DNA of 63,664 nucleotides, counting the filler, from Nitrospirota bacterium (GTDB lineage Bacteria; JACPQY01), in assembly GCA_016180645.1 (NCBI GenBank). It is 3 parts of 3 records of this genome, joined end to end, with 100 filler letters (N's around TTAATTAATTAA, not from the genome) between each part and the next. Parts side by side here need not be neighbours in the genome. Positions count along the whole stretch, not along the records: positions 36,498 to 63,664 come from JACPAV010000042.1; 2 more parts are not named here. One strand, written 5' to 3'. Positions 57,037-63,664 of this stretch are shown piece after piece. The stretch's first letter is position 1. Each line of letters opens with the position of its first letter. The translations under genes and the position numbers were made by a program. Below the pieces are notes generated by a model that did no database searches, was not told the origin of the DNA, and saw nothing but the letters and a program-made list of their open reading frames with translations.

Positions 57037-60000
57037 GTGAAGTTGGTGGCGGATCTCTGGGCGCGGAGCGAGCTGGGTTGGGCTTCTCTCATCGCGATCT
57101 TCCTCGGGGGTGTGTTGCTCCTAAGCGTTTACGGCTGCGTGGGACAAGGGGGCGTCCTTGGCGGGCTTCCGATCGGTGAATCTGAATTGAAAATCACCGT
57201 GGATATTCCCCTCACTTCGCAACAGGCGGTGGCCATCGAGGGTGTGCGGGATGCGGTGGCGGATGTCTACTGGAACGACGCGCCGGTGGGGACGTCGGTT
57301 CGAGGCGCGGTGCGCGGTGGCGTGAGCGGTGGAGTTCGTGCGGCGGAGACCGGCGGTGTTCGCACAGGGGTCAGAGCGGCCCTCTCCCGCTTGGTGGCCT
57401 CCGGCCAGTCGCGGGACGGCCATGCCGTCTTGGCTCCGGTGCGGCCACGATTGAATCACCTTCCGGAACATGGGGACGGATCGGCGGTCCCCGAAGGCGG
57501 AACATCCACCGCAAGCGCAGAGGAGATACTTTTCTCGTTCGAGGTCACTTTCACGCTTCCCGTCAAGTCGGCGGCGGAAGGCACAGGTGCGTTGAACACG
57601 AAAGTCCGGTCGCGAACAAGACCGGAGGTGGCCTATGTGGATCTCAAAGTCAGGGTGGACGTGAAGGCGTCCGAGGCGGATCCCGCGCGCGTGGAGATCC
57701 TCTCCCAGGATGTCGGGTTCAACCAGGTGGAACTCCCGGACCTCGACGGCGACGGTGTGGCCACGCTCTTCGAGGTCGTTTCCAAGGGAGCAGATGCCGC
57801 CATGGATGCGGCGTCGAAACCGGATGAGACGACGCTCCAGTCGAAGCTGGAAAGCCTCAAGGCCGGGCTGGAGAATTCGCTCAAGGAGAGCGGATTTACG
57901 ACCGCGATCGTGATGGGCGAAGTGGATCTCACGCCGCCCGACACCCAGGTGGCGTCGAACGCCGAATCGCGAACGTCCGCGGAGGCCTACCGGTTTACGT
58001 TCACATGCAACCCCCAGGAAGGGGGAACTGCCGTGGGAGCGCAGAAGCCCGGGGCGGCCAATGTATCCTTTTGCGTCTATCGATGCTCCCTGGTGGGCCC
58101 GGCGGACACGTTCGATTTCAAGCCGTGCGACACCCCGTTCTCCCTCAGCCCGGCGAAGGAGGGTGACTACACCCTCGCCGTGAAGGCGGCTGACGAACTG
58201 GGGAATACGGATCAAACGCCGGCGACCGTTTCGTTCAAGGTCTTGCCGCCCGCCGTGTGCGGGAACGGGACGTGCGAGGCTGGGGAAACATCCGCCTCGT
58301 GCGCTGCGGACTGTCCCGCTCCGGACACGACGCCGCCAGATACCGCGCTCAGCGCGGCGAGTGGTCAGTTGCCAGTGGTCAGTGGTCAGTGGTTGAACAA
58401 GACGGACATCAGTTTTACCCTGACCAGCACCGAGGCGGGTTCCACGTTTCAATGCTCGACTGACAATGGCGCGTGGTCGGTCTGCGCGAGCCCATTCGTC
58501 CTGAGCCAGTTGAAGGACGGGCCGCGAACGTTCTCGGTCTACGCTGTCGACAAGTCGGGGAACAAGGACCCCACTCCGGCCGTGTTCACGTGGAGACTCG
58601 ATACCACGGCTCCGGATACAACCATCACGGTCAAGCCATCAGCGCTCAACAATCAGCCTTCCGCCTCCTTCGAGTTCTCGTGTTCCGATCCGGTAGGCGC
58701 ACCCTTTACGGGTGCGTCTTCGGACGCAGGCATGAAGCCTGCGGCTACCTGCACGTTTTTCTGCCAACTCGGCATCGGAGTCGCCGCGCTCTGCGCGTTC
58801 CCCTACTCTGCAACGGCTCTGCCCGAGGGATCCCAGACCTTCCAGGTTTATGCGCAGGACGCCGCGGGGAACAAGGACGCCACACCTGCCTCGGCCACGT
58901 GGGCGGTGGACATGACTGCGCCGGACACCGCGCTGAGCGCGGCGAGTGGTCAGTTGGCAGTGGTCAGTGGTCAGTCCACAAACAAGACGGAGATCACGTT
59001 TACGCTGAGCAGCCCCGATCCGTCGGTGACGTTCCAGTGTGCTCTCGACCTCGCTTTATTCTCCTCTTGCTCATCGCCCGCCACCTACAGCGCGTTGGCG
59101 GCGGGTAGCCACACGTTTGGCGCGCGTGCCGTGGATACGGCGGGGAACAACGACAGTACGCCTGTGACGTTCACCTGGAGCATCGACATCACGCCGCCGG
59201 ACACGGCTATCAGCGTTCAGCCGTCAGCGGTCAGCAATCAGACTTCCGCGTACTTCGAGTTCTCGTCACCGGAGGTTGGGGTGACGTTCCAGTGCGCCTT
59301 GGACGCAGGTGCGTTCGGAACGTGCACGTCGCCCTACTCTCAGGCGGCGTTGCCCGCGGGCGCTCACACATTCAAAGTTCGTGCCGTGGACGCCGTGGGC
59401 AACGCGGATGCGACGCCTGCCGAGGCGACGTGGACCATCGACCTCACCGCGCCGACGTTCAGCGGTCTTACGAGCGCGACGGCCATCTCCACCACGCAAA
59501 TCGACGTTGCGTGGACGGCGGCAACGGACAATGCCAGTGCCTCGTCCGCCATCGTCTACAAGATTTGTGCAAGCACTACCCCCGGCGCGTGCGCCGCGAA
59601 TTTTGTCGTTTACGCCACGACGAATGCGGGAGTCACGTCCTATTCCGCCACGGGCCTGACCCCTTCGGCCACCTACTACGTCGTCGTTCGCGCCCAGGAT
59701 CAGGTTGCGAACATCGACGCAAACATCGTCGAAAAATCGGCCGTCACGTGGGGAACCACCGGCGCCGCGCAGGCGATCACGAACCACCTCAGCAACCGCA
59801 CCTGCGCGCTTCTTTCGGATGGCACGGTGAAATGCTGGGGGTGGAACGACTATGGTCAGCTTGGGGATGGGACAACGGCCCAGAAGACGACTCCGGTGGC
59901 CGTTTCCACCCTTTCGGGCGCGGTCGCCGTGACGGGAGGGGATAGGCAGACCTGCGCGCTCGCCTCGGACGGCACGGTGAAATGCTGGGGATACAACTTC

Positions 60001-61947
60001 TATGGTCAGCTTGGGGATGGGACAACAGCCAATAAGACGACTCCGGTGGCCGTTTCCACCCTTTCGGGCGCCATCGCCGTGGCGGGAGGGATCAACCACA
60101 CCTGCGTGCTCGCCTCGAATGGCACGGTGAAATGCTGGGGATGGAACGCGAATGGTCAGCTTGGGGATGGGACGGTGGCAGACAAGACGACTCCGGTGGC
60201 CGTTTTCACCCTTTCGGGCGCGGTCGCCGTGGCGGGAGGGCTCTACCACACTTGCGCCCTCACCTCGGATGGATCGGTGAAATGCTGGGGATCCAACGGC
60301 AACGGTCAGCTAGGGGATGGGACGACGGCCCAGAAGACGACTCCGGTGGCCGTTTCCACCCTTTCGGGTGCGGTCGCCGTGGCGGGAGGGACCTACCACA
60401 CCTGCGCCCTCGCCTCGGATGGCACCGTGAAATGCTGGGGACGCAATCTCTATGGTCAGCTTGGGGAAGGGACGACGGCGGATAAGACGACTCCGGTGGC
60501 CGTTTTCACCCTTTCGGGTGCGGTCGCCGTGGCGGGAGGGACTTATCACACCTGCGCCCTTGTCTCGGACGGCACGGTGAAATGCTGGGGAGGCAACGGC
60601 GGTGGTCAGCTAGGGGATGGGACGACGGACCAGAGAACGACTCCCGTGGCCGTTTCCGCCCTTTCGGGTGCGGTCGCCGTGGCGGGAGGGAACGTCTACA
60701 CCTGCGCGCTCGTATCAGACGGGACCGTCAAGTGCTGGGGGGACAACTATTATGGCGGGCTTGGGGACGGAACCACCGCCAATCGCCTAACGCCCACCGC
60801 CGTAACTTCACTGTCAGGCCCGCTCGGTGTCAGGCTCCCCCGCCTCCACGAATCCACCGCCTCCGGCGCGCCGGCTCGACCGTTCCGCGAGGGTCTCTCC
60901 GGCGGCGGCGTTCACACTTGCGCAATCATCTCCAACGGCACGGCCAAATGCTGGGGCCAGAATGATCAGGGCCAACTCGGCGATGGCACCACGACCAACC
61001 GGCCCACACCTGTCCCCGTGTCGTCCCTTACGAGTGTCACAGGCATGGCCACCGGTCAATTCCACACCTGCGCTCTGGGCTCCGACGGGACCGCCAAGTG
61101 CTGGGGCGTAAATGGCAGCGGACAACTCGGCGACGGAACCAGCACCGGAAAGCTGCTGCCGACCGTCGTATCGACTCTGTCCAGCGCCATCAGTCTGAGC
61201 GCAGGGGCCAATCACACCTGCGCCTTGATGGCCGACGGCACAGCAAGGTGCTGGGGTGCAAACAGCGCCGGACAGGTGGGCGACACCACCGGGACCAATC
61301 GCCTCGTGCCCACGACTGTAACTTCGCTTACCACAGCCGTAGCGCTCATTGCGGGCGGCTACCACAATTGCGGGCTCCTGGCAAACGGAACCGTGAACTG
61401 CTGGGGGCGAGGGGCTGAAGGACAGACCGGAGACAATTCCGCGTCAACTCATTTCGCGCCGGCCGCCGTCTCCACCCTATCCGGAGTGGTAGCGCTGGCG
61501 ATGGGAGACTACCACTCTTGCGGCCTCCTTTCAGACGGCACGGTCAGATGCTGGGGACGCAATTCTCTCGGTCAACTGGGCGACGGCACGACAACGGATA
61601 GGCCCACTCCAATCGTCGTCTCAACGCTTACGGATGTGATTGCCACCGTCGCGGGTTCGGACCATACCTGCGCCCTGCTCTCCTCGGGACCGGTTCGTTG
61701 CTGGGGCGCCAATCAAGGGCAGCTCGGAGATGGGACCTCCATCGCGCGTGTCACACCTGTTTCGGTGGCGGGGATAACGGGGGTTGCAGGAATCACCGCG
61801 GGCGGTTCAGGCGGTGGATCAGGTCACTCGTGCGCCGTTCTTCCTGGCGGCACGGCCAAGTGCTGGGGACTCAACAATTCCGGCCAGCTCGGAGATGGAA
61901 CGACCGGCAGCAAATCCACTCCAGTCTCCATCACGAGCCTCCCGTAG
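57037..61947 (+). CDS. Giant surface lipoprotein 3 (Ig-like DxTPPDT repeats, Cys-rich motif, FN3, two RCC1-type propellers)
   Basis: Lipobox SVYGC; five D-x-T-[PA]-PDT...TFxVxAxDxxGN units; about 14 RCC1 repeats; start uncertain. Confidence 0.87.
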   Translation: MKLVADLWARSELGWASLIAIFLGGVLLLSVYGCVGQGGVLGGLPIGESELKITVDIPLTSQQAVAIEGVRDAVADVYWNDAPVGTSVRGAVRGGVSGGVRAAETGGVRTGVRAALSRLVASGQSRDGHAVLAPVRPRLNHLPEHGDGSAVPEGGTSTASAEEILFSFEVTFTLPVKSAAEGTGALNTKVRSRTRPEVAYVDLKVRVDVKASEADPARVEILSQDVGFNQVELPDLDGDGVATLFEVVSKGADAAMDAASKPDETTLQSKLESLKAGLENSLKESGFTTAIVMGEVDLTPPDTQVASNAESRTSAEAYRFTFTCNPQEGGTAVGAQKPGAANVSFCVYRCSLVGPADTFDFKPCDTPFSLSPAKEGDYTLAVKAADELGNTDQTPATVSFKVLPPAVCGNGTCEAGETSASCAADCPAPDTTPPDTALSAASGQLPVVSGQWLNKTDISFTLTSTEAGSTFQCSTDNGAWSVCASPFVLSQLKDGPRTFSVYAVDKSGNKDPTPAVFTWRLDTTAPDTTITVKPSALNNQPSASFEFSCSDPVGAPFTGASSDAGMKPAATCTFFCQLGIGVAALCAFPYSATALPEGSQTFQVYAQDAAGNKDATPASATWAVDMTAPDTALSAASGQLAVVSGQSTNKTEITFTLSSPDPSVTFQCALDLALFSSCSSPATYSALAAGSHTFGARAVDTAGNNDSTPVTFTWSIDITPPDTAISVQPSAVSNQTSAYFEFSSPEVGVTFQCALDAGAFGTCTSPYSQAALPAGAHTFKVRAVDAVGNADATPAEATWTIDLTAPTFSGLTSATAISTTQIDVAWTAATDNASASSAIVYKICASTTPGACAANFVVYATTNAGVTSYSATGLTPSATYYVVVRAQDQVANIDANIVEKSAVTWGTTGAAQAITNHLSNRTCALLSDGTVKCWGWNDYGQLGDGTTAQKTTPVAVSTLSGAVAVTGGDRQTCALASDGTVKCWGYNFYGQLGDGTTANKTTPVAVSTLSGAIAVAGGINHTCVLASNGTVKCWGWNANGQLGDGTVADKTTPVAVFTLSGAVAVAGGLYHTCALTSDGSVKCWGSNGNGQLGDGTTAQKTTPVAVSTLSGAVAVAGGTYHTCALASDGTVKCWGRNLYGQLGEGTTADKTTPVAVFTLSGAVAVAGGTYHTCALVSDGTVKCWGGNGGGQLGDGTTDQRTTPVAVSALSGAVAVAGGNVYTCALVSDGTVKCWGDNYYGGLGDGTTANRLTPTAVTSLSGPLGVRLPRLHESTASGAPARPFREGLSGGGVHTCAIISNGTAKCWGQNDQGQLGDGTTTNRPTPVPVSSLTSVTGMATGQFHTCALGSDGTAKCWGVNGSGQLGDGTSTGKLLPTVVSTLSSAISLSAGANHTCALMADGTARCWGANSAGQVGDTTGTNRLVPTTVTSLTTAVALIAGGYHNCGLLANGTVNCWGRGAEGQTGDNSASTHFAPAAVSTLSGVVALAMGDYHSCGLLSDGTVRCWGRNSLGQLGDGTTTDRPTPIVVSTLTDVIATVAGSDHTCALLSSGPVRCWGANQGQLGDGTSIARVTPVSVAGITGVAGITAGGSGGGSGHSCAVLPGGTAKCWGLNNSGQLGDGTTGSKSTPVSITSLP
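58693..58748. repeat. Complete GTAG REP doublet inside a CDS
   Basis: GTAGGCGCACCCTTTACGGGTGCG-TCTTCGGA-CGCAGGCATGAAGCCTGCGGCTAC. Confidence 0.85.
59800..60790 (+). repeat. Near-identical 150-bp intragenic tandem repeats (RCC1 blades)
   Basis: TGCTGGGG recurs at 59833, 59983, 60133, 60283, 60433, 60583 and 60733. Confidence 0.92.
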
Positions 61948-61980
61948 CGCCCGATTTCATATCGAGCGGCAATGCCTACT

Positions 61981-62051
61981 CCGCCGTAGCAGCTCCCGCC
62001 TTCGCGAAGCCCGCTTCGGCGGGCGAAGAAAGGGCGGCTGCGAAGGCTGGA
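61981..62051. repeat. CCGCCTTCGC..GCTTCGGCGG-type palindromic element / possible terminator
   Basis: CCCGCCTTCGCGAAGCCCGCTTCGGCGGG nested between TCCGCCGTAGC and GCTGCGAAGGCTGGA. Confidence 0.5.
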
Positions 62052-62182
62052 TCGTCCGGTATGAAACCGGACGCTACAAAGAGGTTTTTGGGCCAACAGC
62101 GGTCACCCAGGCGGTCACCAGCCTGCCCTGATTTCCGCGCAAGTGGGCCACCATGCCATTGTGTGTGGTATAATGCTCTATC

Positions 62183-63346
62183 GTGATTCGCCGGGATGGG
62201 TACGTATGCGCATGGATGGCGCTGAGCGTCGGGATGCTGGTTTCCCCGACGGCGGTTCGTGCCCAAGTACTTCTGGACCGCCTATCTCTCCGAGACGGTT
62301 CCGTCGTCGTCGGCAAGATTCTGAGCGATTCCGCTTCTTCCATCACCCTCTTCAGCACGCGAATGCGAGAGGAAGTCGTAGCCTCCGGAGAGGTCCACAC
62401 CTATGAGAAGATCCAAGTCAAGGGCAACCCCTTCAAACCGGATCCCAGCCGGCCGTTTTACTGCTCCGTTATCACCACGGTGCGAACCAAGGACGGCAAG
62501 GAGTTTCGCGGTGTCTCGCTTGACCGCCAGGGTGACGCGTTCTGGTTGATCACCCCCGAGGGATACCTCCTCAAGATCCCATTCGTGTCCGTGCTCACCA
62601 GCATCCAGGAGCCGATCGATGTTGCCCTTCGCGGAAGGCCCGTGAGTGTTGCTCCTCCGCCGGAATCGTGGGAAGCCGCCCCACCCGCGCAGGAGACGCG
62701 GCCCGCCGCATCGCAGCCGGTCGTCCCATCCTCCCGCCCCGCTCCCGCGCCGACTGCGCAAGCCCTGAGCACCACCGCAGCAGCGGCAGGGGTTCCGCCC
62801 CCTCTCCCCTCGGACTCATCGAGCGTGGCGCCCGCCCAATACTACGGCGGCATCTTTTTCGGAATCCACGATCAAAGTTCAGGTCCCCTCGAGGAGTTCT
62901 ATGGGACCGGGGTTTCGTTCGGAGGATTTGCGGGCTTCCGCATCATCCCCCGCATCGGGGGGCGCATCGCCATCCAGTATTTCTCGAAGGCCGTTATGGA
63001 CCCCCAGGCGGAGAAGTGGCAATTGACCAAGCTGCCCATCGAGGCCGCTCTGACGGTTCATCCGTTTCAGGGTTGGAAGTGGTTCGAGCCCTATGTCGGC
63101 CTCGGACCGGGGATCACCCGAATCAGCCAGGAGCCGGATGCATTCGTGCTGGAGGAGCTGAAGAGAGAGGAATCCACATCGCAGTTCGTGCCGCACTACT
63201 TCTTTATCGGGGGAAGCCGGATACGCGTTTGGCAGGACGTCGGCGCGTTTCTGGAGTTGCGCTATGCCAACGCTCCCTTTGAGGACCAGTCCCACAACCT
63301 GAACGCCGGAGGTGTGGATTTCCTGATGGGGATGAGGTGGAGATAG
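62183..63346 (+). CDS. Exported protein with Pro/Ala linker and C-terminal OmpW/OmpA-like beta-barrel
   Basis: Signal peptide (VRA|Q), LRDGSVVVG-type small domains, EPYVGLGPG, terminal strand FLMGMRWR. Confidence 0.7.
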   Translation: MIRRDGYVCAWMALSVGMLVSPTAVRAQVLLDRLSLRDGSVVVGKILSDSASSITLFSTRMREEVVASGEVHTYEKIQVKGNPFKPDPSRPFYCSVITTVRTKDGKEFRGVSLDRQGDAFWLITPEGYLLKIPFVSVLTSIQEPIDVALRGRPVSVAPPPESWEAAPPAQETRPAASQPVVPSSRPAPAPTAQALSTTAAAAGVPPPLPSDSSSVAPAQYYGGIFFGIHDQSSGPLEEFYGTGVSFGGFAGFRIIPRIGGRIAIQYFSKAVMDPQAEKWQLTKLPIEAALTVHPFQGWKWFEPYVGLGPGITRISQEPDAFVLEELKREESTSQFVPHYFFIGGSRIRVWQDVGAFLELRYANAPFEDQSHNLNAGGVDFLMGMRWR

Positions 63347-63437
63347 GGGAAATGCTCAATTGTCGAGTATCACTGATTCACTGTGAGGGATGCTCCGATC
63401 TCCATGGTTGATTGAAAAGCGAGAATGGGGAACTGAT

Positions 63438-63664
63438 CTCAGCTCGACTTTTGGCATTTTTCCATGCTGTGTGAACATCACTTCACGAGGGAAGGCCATT
63501 TCCACGCCGTGAATTAAGAGACAGGAGCCGTTTTCCGGTCTCGTTTCAAAATTCATCGCTCAGATTCTCGCTCGGATGGGAAGGTATCTTCAGACACCGC
63601 TCAAGCGATTCGTAGGGGAGCATCTTCAGATGCTCCCTCTTGTCGGGAGGGTCTGAAGACCCTC
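63438..63664. mobile_element. MITE-like element with internal REP doublet, truncated by the window end
   Basis: Begins CTCAGCTCGACTTTTGGCATTTTT; 63574-63664 matches 29750-29840. Confidence 0.78.

Noticed and set aside
44303-61947. Classical invertible shufflon
   Set aside because: I found no set of short inverted crossover sites flanking alternative 3' cassettes; only one direct repeat is evident.
1-63664. Whole window as a composite transposon bounded by inverted repeats
   Set aside because: The interior is core housekeeping DNA with two gaps; contigs simply break at copies of a dispersed repeat.

Overview
A GC-rich bacterial scaffold made of three contigs joined by two 100-nt N/TTAATTAATTAA linkers (29650-29749, 36398-36497). 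Lipoproteins with MopE-type Cys repeats and RCC1 propellers suggest a diderm, deltaproteobacteria/Myxococcota-like organism (inference). The first ~41.5 kb is mostly housekeeping: type II secretion pseudopilins gspG-H-I-J, acyl-CoA dehydrogenase, trpC-F-B-A, tRNA-Leu(GAG), a GH88/105 gene with an unknown lipoprotein, fabH, glycosylation genes, pntAA/AB/B, mltG-ruvX, recR-ybaB-dnaX, smpB, an aldehyde dehydrogenase, selB and rpmB. The last ~22 kb is accessory: a PadR regulator and an intact tyrosine recombinase next to three giant (1,600-2,100 aa) surface lipoproteins ending in RCC1-type propellers. The three look like mosaics of one another. They share an unexplained GVRGG motif and have CRP-type boxes at -71.5, -71.5 and -41.5. 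Two carry an HFS autoproteolysis-like motif and appear to be leaderless. Between the recombinase and the first giant gene, a 323-bp unit carrying two small genes is bounded by a 50-bp duplication of that gene's 3' end. Several REP/MITE/heptamer repeat families occur, and some sit in frame inside one giant gene. All calls are from motif recognition by eye; no searches were run.
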